Below are positions 40,035 to 50,705 of a stretch of 64,000 bases of DNA, in pieces (position 1 is the stretch's first letter; each line of letters starts with the position of its first letter). Below the pieces are notes generated by a model. That model saw nothing but the letters and a program-made list of their open reading frames with translations, had not been told where the DNA came from and did not search any database. Position numbers and translations under genes: made by a program. Source of the stretch: Eubacteriales bacterium (GTDB taxonomy: Bacteria > Bacillota > Clostridia > Oscillospirales > CAG-382); assembly GCA_045531135.1 (NCBI GenBank), contig JAZSDL010000024.1, forward strand, positions 730 to 64,729. Direction: 5' to 3'.

Positions 40035-40604
40035 ATGCAGGAAAACAGAAACGTCACGGTGCAGAAAACAAAGGTTGCGCGAAATAACGTGAATAATGGC
40101 GCAAATTCCGCAAAAAAGGTTGTTACTGTCGCAAAACGCAATGATAAAAAAAGCGTTGCGAAGCGCAGCTCGAATCTCCATGCCGTCAGAGCACCGCGAA
40201 TTGTAAATGTAAAAAAAGAAAACAAAGCACCGTTTCCTTGGTCGGTAGTCTTTGTCGCTGTTTTGCTGACCGGCATGTTCCTTTTTATGATGATGAACTA
40301 TGCCGAGGTCGATAAATACCGTTCGGAGATAACCAATCTTAACAACAAGGTTGCCACTATGCAAAAAACTCAGGACGAGCTCGAGGTTACTCTCGGCAAT
40401 AAGTATGATATCGGCGAGATCGATAAGTATGCCGAAAACGAGCTTGGCATGACAAACGGACCGGTTCCCGAGGACAAGCTTTATCGCGTGAACTTCGAGC
40501 AGGAGGACAGAACCGAGATGCACACCTATGATGACGGCGAGGAAGGCGGCTTTGGCTTTCTCCTTACAGGTCTCGGTGAAGTTATAAGAGATTTTATTGA
40601 TTAA
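40035..40604 (+). CDS. ftsL: FtsL-like cell-division protein (basic N-terminus, one TM, coiled coil)
   Basis: Position between rsmH and the PBP gene. TM WSVVFVAVLLTGMFLFMMM followed by a heptad-like segment. Confidence 0.55.
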   Translation: MQENRNVTVQKTKVARNNVNNGANSAKKVVTVAKRNDKKSVAKRSSNLHAVRAPRIVNVKKENKAPFPWSVVFVAVLLTGMFLFMMMNYAEVDKYRSEITNLNNKVATMQKTQDELEVTLGNKYDIGEIDKYAENELGMTNGPVPEDKLYRVNFEQEDRTEMHTYDDGEEGGFGFLLTGLGEVIRDFID

Positions 40605-40618
40605 TTCACAAAAATCAC

Positions 40619-40647
40619 TATACATTTGTAATGTGTTGTGATATAAT
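40619..40647 (+). promoter_or_regulatory. Possible internal promoter with extended -10 upstream of the PBP gene
   Basis: TATACA, 17 nt, with TGaTATAAT at 40639-40647. Confidence 0.35.
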
Positions 40648-40746
40648 AATTTCGGTATTAAATCGGTAATACGGAATATATTTATACAAAGGGTAACGAG
40701 TGAATTCTCATTACCCATTTGTCATATCAAAAGGAGTATTTAATTT

Positions 40747-43014
40747 ATGGCGGGCGCAACAAAAAAGTTCATACCGACGGGAAGCGGACGTACCATCGCG
40801 TCGCGCGGACGTGTTGCGCTTATTGTTATTTTGGCGATGATGCTCGGCTTGTGCGTGCGATTTGCATATCTTCAGCTTATTGATCCCGATGATTATCGTA
40901 CTGCGGCACTCGATCAGTATACAAGCTCGGTTACGATTCCTGCCAAGCGCGGTTCTATATACGCTAATGATGCAACCACCGAGCTTGCCGTAAGCGCAAC
41001 TGTGTATAACTGCTTTATTTCTCCTTACGATATTGCAGAATTTGCCGAGGATAGTGAGGGAACATCTAATCCTGTTGACGAGGAAACTCTGCTGAATTCG
41101 ATTTCCGACGGCCTTTCACGTATTCTTTCGGTTGACCGCGAGGAAATCGAGGCAAAGGGAAAACGGCAAAACTCCAAATATCAGATGATCAAAAAGTTCC
41201 TCACCGAAACCGAGGAAACAGCCGTACGCGCCTTTATTGCGGAGAATGGCTATCAAACTATAGTTCATCTCGAGGAAACTACAAAACGCTATTACAGATA
41301 CGGCAGCTTGGCGGCACACCTTCTTGGCTTTACCGGTTCCGATAATCAGGGACTTTCGGGGTTGGAGTATACGTACGACGAGTATCTTAAAGGTGTTAAC
41401 GGTAAGTCTGTAAAAGCGGCGGATGCCCACGGCAACGAGCTTGATTCGGGTGTCGGCTCCACCTATATTGCCGCAACAAACGGTCTTAACGTCGTTACTA
41501 CTATCGACTGGACTATACAAAACACTGTTGAAAAGTATATCGAGCAGGCATACAAGGAGCATAGTCCCAACGGCCGTGTGGAATGTATCGTTATGGACGT
41601 TAATAACGGCGAGCTGCTTGCATCTGCTATATATCCCTCGTTCGATCTTAATAATTACAACACTCTTTCGGAATATTATCAGCTCAAGTATGATGCTTTT
41701 ATAGGAACCGAGGATGAGCGCTCTCAAAAACGCACCGAGCTTCTGTACGAAATGTGGAATAATACCATAGCCACCCAGACCTACGAGCCGGGCTCTACCT
41801 TTAAGATCATTACCAGCGCGATAGCTCTCGAGGAGGGAAAGGTAAGCTACGAAAACAGCTCCTTCCATTGTCGCGGAGCGATCGATATTGCTGGAACTAC
41901 GATTCACTGCCATAAGATTATCGGACACGGCACTCAAACGTTCAGCGAGGCGATAGTTAATTCCTGTAACCCTGCGTTCGTACAGATAGGCGGCGCTATA
42001 GGCAACAGTCTTTTCAAAAAGTATTTTGACGAGTTTGGCTATACTCAGGTGTCGGGAAGCGACATAATGGGTGAGGTTTCGTCTATTTACTTTGCGACCA
42101 CCGGTGTACAGTTTGAAACGCTCGAGCTTGCAATTTATTCGTTCGGTCAGACCTTCCAGGTGACACCCATACAGCATATCCGCGCAGTCTCTGCAATCGC
42201 AAACGGCGGTAATCTTGTTGTACCTCACGCCGTGAAATCGCTTGTTGATGATAACGGCAACGTTGTAAAAACCTTTGAGTATGAAACCGACCGACAGGTT
42301 ATTTCTACCGAAACCTGCGAAAAAATACTAAAATCGCTTACCAACTCTACAAAAAATGCATCCGTCTCGGGATATAACGTTGTATCTAAGACAGGTACCT
42401 CCGAAAAACGTTCTACTCTCCGCGAGGACGACTATATTTCATCCTGTGTTACGTTTGCTCCTGCAGAGGATCCGCAGATCGCAATTTTGGTGCTTGTCGA
42501 TGAACCTACTGCAGGTCAGCATTTCGGTTCTGCAGTTGCCGCACCTGTTGTAGCAAATATTCTTACAGAGGTTCTTCCTCATCTCGGTATCGCGCCCAAC
42601 AGCGATCAGGAAAGCACGGTTGTTGTTCCCGATTATAAAGAAAAGACTATAGCCGATGCCAAGAAGGCGATCGAGGAGGCGGGACTTAAGTGCGTGGTTC
42701 GCGGCGAGGGCGACAAGGTTGTAAATCAGCTTCCCGCAAAGGGCACGGTTATTTCAACCGACGGCGTAGTTATCCTTTATGCCGAGGAACTTGAGATCAG
42801 CGCAAACGTAAGAGTTCCCAACGTTATCAACGCAACTCCCACAAATGCAATAAAAGCGCTTATCAACAGCAATCTAAACGTATCCATCAAGGGTATATTT
42901 AACGGTGATTATACAAACTGCCGAGCGGTATCACAATCTGTTCTCGCCGGCGAGTATGTAATACCGGGTACTGTTATCGAACTTGAATTCTTGTATGAGG
43001 AAGCGATCGAATAA
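40747..43014 (+). CDS. Class B penicillin-binding protein (FtsI/SpoVD/PBP2B type) with two C-terminal PASTA domains
   Basis: SxxK GSTFKI, SxN NSCN and KTG SKTGTSE motifs. N-terminal TM anchor. Confidence 0.9.
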   Translation: MAGATKKFIPTGSGRTIASRGRVALIVILAMMLGLCVRFAYLQLIDPDDYRTAALDQYTSSVTIPAKRGSIYANDATTELAVSATVYNCFISPYDIAEFAEDSEGTSNPVDEETLLNSISDGLSRILSVDREEIEAKGKRQNSKYQMIKKFLTETEETAVRAFIAENGYQTIVHLEETTKRYYRYGSLAAHLLGFTGSDNQGLSGLEYTYDEYLKGVNGKSVKAADAHGNELDSGVGSTYIAATNGLNVVTTIDWTIQNTVEKYIEQAYKEHSPNGRVECIVMDVNNGELLASAIYPSFDLNNYNTLSEYYQLKYDAFIGTEDERSQKRTELLYEMWNNTIATQTYEPGSTFKIITSAIALEEGKVSYENSSFHCRGAIDIAGTTIHCHKIIGHGTQTFSEAIVNSCNPAFVQIGGAIGNSLFKKYFDEFGYTQVSGSDIMGEVSSIYFATTGVQFETLELAIYSFGQTFQVTPIQHIRAVSAIANGGNLVVPHAVKSLVDDNGNVVKTFEYETDRQVISTETCEKILKSLTNSTKNASVSGYNVVSKTGTSEKRSTLREDDYISSCVTFAPAEDPQIAILVLVDEPTAGQHFGSAVAAPVVANILTEVLPHLGIAPNSDQESTVVVPDYKEKTIADAKKAIEEAGLKCVVRGEGDKVVNQLPAKGTVISTDGVVILYAEELEISANVRVPNVINATPTNAIKALINSNLNVSIKGIFNGDYTNCRAVSQSVLAGEYVIPGTVIELEFLYEEAIE

Positions 43015-44357
43015 TGAATCTCACACTTGAATATATAGCAAATGCTGTCGGCGGAAGATTGTCTTCTTCTGCCGATGCAAGCAGAACCGTAAATGCTTTT
43101 TTCACAGATAGCCGATCGCCCGATAAAGATAAGTTGTTTTTGGCTCTTCGCGGCGAACGTGTTGACGGTAACGTCTTTGTAAAGGACCTTGTGGATAACG
43201 GCTTTTGCGCTATGACCGATCGTGCGGAAAATGCGGATCTAAAGGGCGACGTTATTTATGTTGAGGATGTACGCACCGCCTTGCAAAAGCTTTCTATGCA
43301 TTATCGTCAAAATCAAATGTCGGGTATTTCGATAGTCGGAATAACCGGCTCGGTAGGCAAGACGACAACAAAGGATATGGTTGCACTTGCCGTATCAAGT
43401 GTTTTGAAAACTCATAAAACACAGGGGAATTCCAACAGCCAGATAGGTCTTCCGCAAACGCTTCTCGCAACACCGCTCGATTCCGAATGTGCTATCGTAG
43501 AGCTTGGCATGAGTATGCGCGGTGAGATGGAACGTATAGCAAAATGCGCATCTCCCGATATTTCGGTTATTACGAATATCGGATATTCGCATATCGAGAA
43601 TCTCGGCTCCCGTGAGGCGATCCGCGATGAAAAAATGAAGATCGCATCCTATTCGGCTCCCGAGTCAAAATTCATCCTCAACGGTGACGAGCCATTGCTT
43701 CGCTCCTTGGAGGTTAAAAAGGAACGTGTTTGCTTTGTTTCCGTAGAAGACAGCTCTTGTGATTGCTTTGCCGAGGATATTGTTGAATCCGATAACAAAC
43801 TAAGCTTTACCGCTAATGTGTACGGAAATAAATATCCCGTAAAGCTCATGCTGCTTGGAAGACATTACGTTATTAATTCGCTTTTTGCGCTTGCCGTAGC
43901 ATATCATCTCGGTATCGATGTTTCGGCAGCCGCGAATAAGCTATCCGAATATCAAAGCGACGGTAAACGCCTGTATATTTACGATCACGATGGTCATACG
44001 GTTATTTCCGATTGCTATAATGCCTCACCGGAATCGATGAGTGCGGCGCTGTCGGTGCTCAAAACAGCAAAGGGAAGACGTATAGCGGTTTTGGGCGATA
44101 TGCTTGAATTGGGTGATGAAGCCCCTGCTTTGCATACAAAGGTGGGCGCGGAGGTCGATACGGCAGCCGATGTGCTTGTGACCTATGGTGATCTTGCGGG
44201 ATATATAGCATCTGCATCCTCGCTTACTTACAAATATTCCTTTAAAAAGGAAGAATCGGTTGAGCTCAAGAGCTTTTTGGATGGTTTTATCAAAGAGGGC
44301 GATACCGTGTTGTATAAAGCGAGCAACAGTATGAACCTCGGACGTGTTATCGTTTAA
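43014..44357 (+). CDS. murF: UDP-MurNAc-tripeptide--D-Ala-D-Ala ligase
   Basis: GITGSVGKTTTKD P-loop. TAATG overlap with the PBP stop. Confidence 0.9.
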   Translation: MNLTLEYIANAVGGRLSSSADASRTVNAFFTDSRSPDKDKLFLALRGERVDGNVFVKDLVDNGFCAMTDRAENADLKGDVIYVEDVRTALQKLSMHYRQNQMSGISIVGITGSVGKTTTKDMVALAVSSVLKTHKTQGNSNSQIGLPQTLLATPLDSECAIVELGMSMRGEMERIAKCASPDISVITNIGYSHIENLGSREAIRDEKMKIASYSAPESKFILNGDEPLLRSLEVKKERVCFVSVEDSSCDCFAEDIVESDNKLSFTANVYGNKYPVKLMLLGRHYVINSLFALAVAYHLGIDVSAAANKLSEYQSDGKRLYIYDHDGHTVISDCYNASPESMSAALSVLKTAKGRRIAVLGDMLELGDEAPALHTKVGAEVDTAADVLVTYGDLAGYIASASSLTYKYSFKKEESVELKSFLDGFIKEGDTVLYKASNSMNLGRVIV

Positions 44358-44374
44358 CAGTTAGGAGAAAAACG

Positions 44375-45391
44375 ATGGATTCTTGTTACATTATGCCTTG
44401 CGCTGCATCGGCGGTAATCTCTTTCATAATCGGAGTGATTTTGTATAAGATATTCATTCCGTATCTCAGAAAAGTCAAGCTTGGACAAAAAATACTTGAG
44501 ATAGGTCCATCCTGGCATAAATCCAAGGAGGGAACCCCCAATCTCGGCGGTTTGTTCTTTATAATCGCCTGCCTTATCGGATGTGCTGTCGGAGTGTTCC
44601 TTTATAAAGACAGTGTTTCGGCTGAATGTATTATATCCGAAAGCCAAAAATATCCCTATTTTCTCCGTAAAATGCTGCTTGCGCTTTTACTGGCTCTTTC
44701 CCAAGGGCTGATCGGCTTTGTTGATGACTATGTCAAGCTTTTCAAAAAGCGCAACAAAGGTCTTAGCGCAACCCAAAAATTCATACTTCAATTTTTAACT
44801 GCCGGCTTGTATCTCTTTGCAAACGCATACTTTTTCGAGGCAGATACCGCATTTAATACCCCGTGGGGCAATATCGAAATGGGCATTTTCTATTATGTTT
44901 TTATGCTCCTTGCGACAGTTTATATCATCAACTGTGCTAATTTAACAGACGGTATAGACGGCTTGGCGGGCAGCATCGCTTTGATAATTTGCGTAATGAT
45001 CTTCTTGCTTGATGATGTTCAGATCGGCTTGTCTTCGAGTGCGCTTGTCGGTGCGTTACTTGCGTTTCTCGTGTTCAATTTCCATCCCGCAAAGATTTTT
45101 ATGGGTGATACCGGCTCGCTCTTTTTGGGTGGATTTATCGTCGGATCGGTGATTAATACCGGTATGGAATTTTTGCTTATCCCTATAAGCTGTATTTGGA
45201 TAATCGAAGGGCTTTCGGTAGTACTTCAGGTATTATCATTTAAATTAACAGGCAAGAGAATCTTCAAAATGGCTCCCATTCATCACCATTTTGAAAAATG
45301 CGGCTGGAGCGAGGTTAAGATCGTAGCGGTCTTCTCGGCTATAACCGTTGTATTTTCTGTAATTTCTTATTATTTATTAATGTTGGCATAA
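44375..45391 (+). CDS. mraY: Phospho-MurNAc-pentapeptide translocase
   Basis: NLTDGIDGLA, MGDTGSL and PIHHHFE motifs. Confidence 0.95.
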   Translation: MDSCYIMPCAASAVISFIIGVILYKIFIPYLRKVKLGQKILEIGPSWHKSKEGTPNLGGLFFIIACLIGCAVGVFLYKDSVSAECIISESQKYPYFLRKMLLALLLALSQGLIGFVDDYVKLFKKRNKGLSATQKFILQFLTAGLYLFANAYFFEADTAFNTPWGNIEMGIFYYVFMLLATVYIINCANLTDGIDGLAGSIALIICVMIFLLDDVQIGLSSSALVGALLAFLVFNFHPAKIFMGDTGSLFLGGFIVGSVINTGMEFLLIPISCIWIIEGLSVVLQVLSFKLTGKRIFKMAPIHHHFEKCGWSEVKIVAVFSAITVVFSVISYYLLMLA

Positions 45392-45414
45392 TTATTATAT
45401 AAAGGACTGTTTAT

Positions 45415-46635
45415 ATGGCAAACGTAACCGGTCAAGCAGCGGATAAGGGTGTAGTAAACAAGAAGCCCACCGTTCGTGTTAATCAAAACCGAATATACCG
45501 TCTGATCGGTGAAGTGGATCGTCCGCTTTTGATTGTTATTATCGCACTTGTGTGTATCGGCTCGGTAATGATATTTTCATCGTCGTATGCGTATGCCGAA
45601 ACCAAGTTCGACGATTCCTATTATTTCGCACGTTCACAGATCGGATTTGCTCTTGCGGGAATCGTTATTATGGCGATAGTTGCGCGTATACTTGATTATC
45701 GCGTTTTAAAGAGATTTGCCTACATTTTCTATGCAATTGCATTAGGATTGAATTATCTCGTTCCTTTTTTCGGACAGACGGTCAAGGGTGCAACCCGTTG
45801 GTTCGTTATATTCGGCGTACAGTTTCAGCCGTCCGAGCTTTTAAAGTTCGGTCTGGTGTTGGCGTGTGCTACGTATATCAGTAACCACTCAAATGAAATG
45901 AAATCGTTTAAACAGGGTGCGGTGCCCATATTGCTGTTAACTGCGCCTGCCGCACTCGCGACGTTGCTACAGAGCCACCTTTCCGCAACAATCATAATCT
46001 GTCTTCTCATGGTAGTTATGCTTTGGCTGTCGGGATTAAAGGGTGTGTACTTCGGCTTCGTTTTGGGCGGCGGACTTACCATGGGTACGTTTCTTCTTAC
46101 GTTGGGACGGGGAATTATCGAAAAACTTGTACCTCACGCGCTTGTTCGTCTTCAGGTATGGGAAAATCCTTTTGAATATATGTCCGTCGAATCCGGCGGC
46201 AAGGGCTGGCAACCCGCTCAGTCGCTCTATGCGATCAGTTCGGGCGGATTCTGGGGACTTGGCTTGGGACAAAGCAACCAAAAGCACGGATATCTTCCCG
46301 AGCCGCAGAACGACTATATATTCGCAATTCTCTGTGAAGAGCTTGGCTTTTTCGGCGTTATCTGCGTATTGACGCTGTTTGCGATCCTTGCATATAGAGG
46401 ATACCACGTTTCAAAAAACGCACCAAATCGCTTCAGCTCGCTTCTTTCTATGGGCATAACCGCACAGATCATCATTCAGGTGCTTCTTAATCTTGCGGTG
46501 GTTACAAATACGTTCCCGAGTACGGGCATCAGCTTGCCGTTCTTTAGCTACGGCGGCACCTCGCTTATAATTCTTCTTGCCGAAATGGGCATTGTACTTT
46601 CGATTTCGCGTTACTCCTTTATTGAACAAGGTTGA
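45415..46635 (+). CDS. ftsW: FtsW/SpoVE (SEDS family) protein
   Basis: Polytopic, with QPSELLKF, PEPQNDYIF and LPFFSYGGTS motifs. Confidence 0.9.
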   Translation: MANVTGQAADKGVVNKKPTVRVNQNRIYRLIGEVDRPLLIVIIALVCIGSVMIFSSSYAYAETKFDDSYYFARSQIGFALAGIVIMAIVARILDYRVLKRFAYIFYAIALGLNYLVPFFGQTVKGATRWFVIFGVQFQPSELLKFGLVLACATYISNHSNEMKSFKQGAVPILLLTAPAALATLLQSHLSATIIICLLMVVMLWLSGLKGVYFGFVLGGGLTMGTFLLTLGRGIIEKLVPHALVRLQVWENPFEYMSVESGGKGWQPAQSLYAISSGGFWGLGLGQSNQKHGYLPEPQNDYIFAILCEELGFFGVICVLTLFAILAYRGYHVSKNAPNRFSSLLSMGITAQIIIQVLLNLAVVTNTFPSTGISLPFFSYGGTSLIILLAEMGIVLSISRYSFIEQG

Positions 46636-46653
46636 TACGAAAGGTTTGATATT

Positions 46654-47760
46654 ATGAAGATAATATTTTGCGGCGGCGGCACAAGCGGCCATGTTAACCC
46701 CGCATTGAATATAGCGGAAACAATCAAAAAAAGATATCCCGATGCCGAGATTATGTTTATCGGAACCAAACGCGGTATCGAGAGCACTTTGGTGCCGAAA
46801 AACGGTTATGAAATCGACTTTGTAGAGGTTTCGGGCTTTTCGCGTAAGTTGACGTTGAAAAACATAAAAGCCGCTTGGCATGCATTCACATCCGTCTCCG
46901 AGGCGAAGAAGATCATAAAAAGGTTTTCGCCGGATCTGGTCATCGGTACGGGCGGATATGTTTCTTGGCCGACGGTAAAGGCAGCCGCCAAGCTCGGAAT
47001 ACCCACCCTGATACACGAGCAAAACGCATTTCCCGGTGTTACCACAAAGATGCTATCAAAATTTGCCGATAAGGTTTGTATTTCATTTTCCGGAAGCGAA
47101 AAGTTTTTTGAGGAGGCATACCGTCCCAAGCTTATCCTAACGGGAAATCCTGTTATCGTCGATGGAATGACTCGCTCCGAAGCCCGCCAAAAGCTCGGGT
47201 TAACGGAAACCGAGCCATACATACTTTCATACGGCGGAAGTATGGGCGCCGATAAGATCAACGAGCTTTCGTTTGAGCTTATGGAACGCCTGACGGTACC
47301 TAAAAATATTCGTCATACTCATGCCATAGGCAGAGTTGGATTTGATAAGTTTTCTGCAATTGCAAAGGAAAAGGGACTTGACACAAAAGAAAATCTTTCG
47401 GTAAGCGAGTATATTTACGATATGCCTATTCATCAGGCGGCGGCTGATGTTATTATCTGCCGTGCGGGTGCGATGACTTTGTCCGAGCTCGCTATACGCG
47501 GATGCGCTTCGGTATTGATACCCAGTCCGTACGTGACCGAGGATCATCAATATAAAAACGCTCGTCTTATTGCCGATGCGGGTGCCGCTGTGGTATACCG
47601 TGAGAGCGAGGTCGATGCAAAGCAGTTGACCGATACCGTGTCTGAGCTTATTGAGAATCCAAATAAACGTCGCAGAATGGAAGAAAGTGTTAAGAGCTTT
47701 GCAATGCCCGATTCGGTCGAGCGTATCGCCGATGAAGCGCTTGCACTGATAAATAAGTAA
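46654..47760 (+). CDS. murG: UDP-GlcNAc:lipid I GlcNAc transferase
   Basis: GGGTSGHVNPAL start and ICRAGAMTLSEL block. Confidence 0.95.
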   Translation: MKIIFCGGGTSGHVNPALNIAETIKKRYPDAEIMFIGTKRGIESTLVPKNGYEIDFVEVSGFSRKLTLKNIKAAWHAFTSVSEAKKIIKRFSPDLVIGTGGYVSWPTVKAAAKLGIPTLIHEQNAFPGVTTKMLSKFADKVCISFSGSEKFFEEAYRPKLILTGNPVIVDGMTRSEARQKLGLTETEPYILSYGGSMGADKINELSFELMERLTVPKNIRHTHAIGRVGFDKFSAIAKEKGLDTKENLSVSEYIYDMPIHQAAADVIICRAGAMTLSELAIRGCASVLIPSPYVTEDHQYKNARLIADAGAAVVYRESEVDAKQLTDTVSELIENPNKRRRMEESVKSFAMPDSVERIADEALALINK

Positions 47761-47785
47761 AAATATCAAGTAAAACAAGAGGGGA

Positions 47786-48592
47786 GTGAATCACTTGGAA
47801 CAGCAAAAGCAAAGATTTGTCAGAAAGAATATGGCAATTTACGATGCGCAAAGACGACAGGAAAACAAGCGCAATCGCCGTAAGGTGTTCTATGTGGTTT
47901 TACTCGTAGCCGTTTCGCTTATATTCCTTGCTGTTTGTGTTGTTGTCTTCCTTAATGTTAAGACAATAAACGTTAACGGTATCGAGAAATATAATTACGA
48001 TGAGATTTTGGAGTACGTTTCTATCGAAGAAGGCGATAATATATTTTCGTTCGAGGCAGATGTTATAGAGGAAAATATCAAAAGAGCGCTTCCGTATGTT
48101 GGGGAGGTAGAGATCAAACGAGACTTTCCCACAACAGTGGACATTAACATCATCGAGAAAAAACCGTATTATGCGGCAGAGCTTGCCGGCGATACCTATC
48201 TGATTTCCTCCGATCTTAAGGTGCTCGAAAAGATTGATGATATGTCTGCAATTGATACGGGCTTGACGGTTTTGTCGCTTAACAGCGTAAAGAGCTGTAT
48301 AGTAGGCACACAGATGGAGTTTGTCGATGCAAGAACGCTTGATGCACTTTTCGACCTGTATAATACCTTCGAGGCAGAGTGTATTGAAACAAAAATCAAG
48401 AGTGTAAACATCAAATCGCGCTTTGATATATATGTAAATTATGACGGTAGGTTTGAGGTTTATCTCGGAGATACCGATAATATTGAGATAAAAAGCAGGT
48501 TTCTTGTCGGGATAATTGATAAGCTCGAACCCGATGCAAAGGGCACGATCGATGTATCTAATCACCGTCAGGCATCGGTTGCACTGTCATAA
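47786..48592 (+). CDS. ftsQ: FtsQ/DivIB-type cell-division protein (TM + POTRA)
   Basis: TM VFYVVLLVAVSLIFLAVCVVVFL followed by a POTRA-like segment VKTINVNGIEKYNYDEILEYV. Start uncertain: GTG 47786, TTG 47795 or ATG 47831. Confidence 0.75.
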   Translation: MNHLEQQKQRFVRKNMAIYDAQRRQENKRNRRKVFYVVLLVAVSLIFLAVCVVVFLNVKTINVNGIEKYNYDEILEYVSIEEGDNIFSFEADVIEENIKRALPYVGEVEIKRDFPTTVDINIIEKKPYYAAELAGDTYLISSDLKVLEKIDDMSAIDTGLTVLSLNSVKSCIVGTQMEFVDARTLDALFDLYNTFEAECIETKIKSVNIKSRFDIYVNYDGRFEVYLGDTDNIEIKSRFLVGIIDKLEPDAKGTIDVSNHRQASVALS

Positions 48593-48657
48593 TTCGACAA
48601 AAATTAGACTTTTTTAAAAAAATATACGCTGTTTTTAAAGAAAAACGAAAAAAACAC

Positions 48658-48686
48658 TTGCATTTCAACAAAATACGTATTATATT
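48658..48686 (+). promoter_or_regulatory. Possible ftsZ-proximal promoter
   Basis: TTGCAT, 17 nt, TATATT. Confidence 0.4.
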
Positions 48687-48730
48687 ATAATATGAATGAA
48701 AATAAGATATAAGTTTTTTGGAGGTTCAAT

Positions 48731-49810
48731 ATGCAAAACATGATCGAAGATCCCAATAAGGTGGTCATTAAGGTCATCGGCGTAGGCGGTGGCGGCGGTA
48801 ACGCAGTTAACCGTATGATTTCCGCTATCGAAGGTGCGGATGTAGAATTTATCAATATCAACACCGATACTCAGATTCTCATCAAATCCAGCGCACCCAC
48901 CAAGATCGCCATCGGCGACCGTATCACGAAGGGACATGGCGCAGGCGCAAATCCCGAGCTCGGCGAAAAAGCAGCCGACGAATCTATTGAAGAAATTACC
49001 GAGGCAATCAAAGGCGCTGATATGGTATTTATCACCGCAGGTATGGGAGGCGGAACCGGTACAGGCGCTGCTCCCGTTATCGCTAAGATAGCTCAGTCGC
49101 TTGATATCCTTACCGTTGCTGTTGTTACCAAGCCCTTCCTTTTCGAGGGCAAGCGTCGTATGCAGCAGGCAGAGGCAGGTATTGAAAAGCTTTCTGAGAA
49201 CGTTGATGCTCTTATCGTTATCCCCAATGAGCGTCTTAAGCTCCTCACCGATAAGAAGATCACCTTCCTTAACGCATTCCAGGAGGCAGACGATGTACTC
49301 CGCAAGGGTGTACAGTCTATCTGTGAGCTTATCACTGTTGAGGGCGTAATCAACCTTGACTTCGCAGACGTTTCTGCTGTTATGGCTAACGCAGGTCTCG
49401 CACACATGGGTGTCGGCGCGGCTAAGGGCAAGGATAAGGCAGAGCAGGCGGCTAAGATGGCTATGTCCAGCCCGTTGCTCGAGACCAACATCAGCGGTGC
49501 AAAGGGCATTGTTGTTCAGATCACCGGCTCTTCCGATATCGGTCTTGATGAGATCGATTCTGCTGTTGCTATGATCACCAGCGAGGCACAGCCCGATGCA
49601 AACATCATCTTCGGTGCGGCGCTTGATCCCACTCTCGAGGATGAAATGCGCATTACTCTTATCGCTACCGGCTTTGATGCTGATAAGAAGGGTGCTGACG
49701 TTCGTCGTCAGATGGCACAGGCAGAGGCGGCTTCCAAGTCTGCTGAAGAACCCGCAAAGGACGCAAACAGTGATATCGATGATATCCTCAGCATGCTCAA
49801 CAAGAGATAA
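48731..49810 (+). CDS. ftsZ: Cell-division GTPase FtsZ
   Basis: [13 protein letters not shown] and [11 protein letters not shown] tubulin signature. Confidence 0.97.
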   Translation: MQNMIEDPNKVVIKVIGVGGGGGNAVNRMISAIEGADVEFININTDTQILIKSSAPTKIAIGDRITKGHGAGANPELGEKAADESIEEITEAIKGADMVFITAGMGGGTGTGAAPVIAKIAQSLDILTVAVVTKPFLFEGKRRMQQAEAGIEKLSENVDALIVIPNERLKLLTDKKITFLNAFQEADDVLRKGVQSICELITVEGVINLDFADVSAVMANAGLAHMGVGAAKGKDKAEQAAKMAMSSPLLETNISGAKGIVVQITGSSDIGLDEIDSAVAMITSEAQPDANIIFGAALDPTLEDEMRITLIATGFDADKKGADVRRQMAQAEAASKSAEEPAKDANSDIDDILSMLNKR

Positions 49811-49820
49811 AATTTATTTT

Positions 49821-49850
49821 AAAATCGCCAAGCTTGCTTGGCGATTTTTT
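49821..49850 (+). terminator. Intrinsic terminator after ftsZ
   Basis: aaaatcgccaag cttg cttggcgatttt plus T-run; A/T-flanked so potentially bidirectional. Confidence 0.8.
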
Positions 49851-49854
49851 GTAT

Positions 49855-49882
49855 AAAAAAGTGCCGAGCTATGCGGCACTTT
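49855..49882 (-). terminator. Intrinsic terminator for the convergent minus-strand operon
   Basis: agtgccg / cggcact stem with an A6 tract on the plus strand (T6 on the minus strand). Confidence 0.6.
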
Positions 49883-49887
49883 AATAT

Positions 49888-50703
49888 TTATTGCTTTGTT
49901 TCGTATTGGAATTCTCCGTTTGCTTCGTATTCCTTTGCCAATTCAAAATCAACTGTAACATTATCGTTAACAAGACGTGCTTCGGCAAAATTAGCATTGC
50001 CGATTTGCAAGGCGGCGAGCTTGCTGTGGCCTTCTGTCACAAAATGCAAACCGTTGTGCAACGCTATGGAGATGCTATCGCCGTCATCGGTGCCATACGC
50101 TTTTGTGGGGAAGATGACATAGGGCGAAAGCATCATCTTAGTTTCATCAAAAGGCGCAACTTCGTATTTCTCGGCTTCCTCAACGATCATTTCGGCAATC
50201 TGCTCGGGCGTTGCAGAGGTGGAATCGATGATCAGATCATAGTTCCTGTAATCAAAATTATCAACACCGTATATTTCCTTAAAACGCTTGTTTTCCTCAA
50301 AACTGCGCGCAAGCAACATCTCACGTGCTTCATCAACACTTTTGTATTTTTCCACATCGCCTCTGTCAGCGAGCATAACACGCTTTGCGGCTACGGTAGG
50401 ATCAACGTACATATAAACCTTAAAAGTGTTTTCTGCAAAGTGCCACGCCATGCGTGAGTCGTATATCAGCTTGTCGCCGGCTCGCTCGCGTGAGATTTTC
50501 ACTACAGCATCATCAATAATATGATCAAGCTCGGGATTCTCCGACATGCGCTTGTTTAGCTCAAGCGTGGTAATGCCCATATCCTCGGCGACCTTGCGCT
50601 GTATAGTACCCGTGCTGTATATCTCGTATCCGTATTTGTCTCTTAAGATAGCGCAAACCGTCGATTTGCCGCTTCCCAATTTGCCCGAAAATGCAATTTG
50701 CAT
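49888..50703 (-). CDS. P-loop nucleotide-kinase-like protein (cytidylate-kinase-like family) with ~90-aa C-terminal domain of unknown function (weak ParB/Srx-like pattern)
   Basis: Walker A FSGKLGSGKST at the N-terminus. C-terminal LSPYVIFPT....HFVTEGHSKLAALQIGNANFAEARLV resembles the DGhhR..Aa..G segment of ParB/Srx folds. Starts 2 nt after the HEPN stop, with GGAGA inside the HEPN 3' end. Confidence 0.6.
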   Translation of the reverse strand: MQIAFSGKLGSGKSTVCAILRDKYGYEIYSTGTIQRKVAEDMGITTLELNKRMSENPELDHIIDDAVVKISRERAGDKLIYDSRMAWHFAENTFKVYMYVDPTVAAKRVMLADRGDVEKYKSVDEAREMLLARSFEENKRFKEIYGVDNFDYRNYDLIIDSTSATPEQIAEMIVEEAEKYEVAPFDETKMMLSPYVIFPTKAYGTDDGDSISIALHNGLHFVTEGHSKLAALQIGNANFAEARLVNDNVTVDFELAKEYEANGEFQYETKQ

Positions 50704-50705
50704 AA

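Noticed and set aside
39918-40718. 266-aa minus-strand ORF opposite ftsL and the rsmH end
   Set aside because: It is a shadow ORF inside the conserved dcw order, with no SD or promoter. The plus-strand ftsL-like ORF has the expected TM plus coiled coil.
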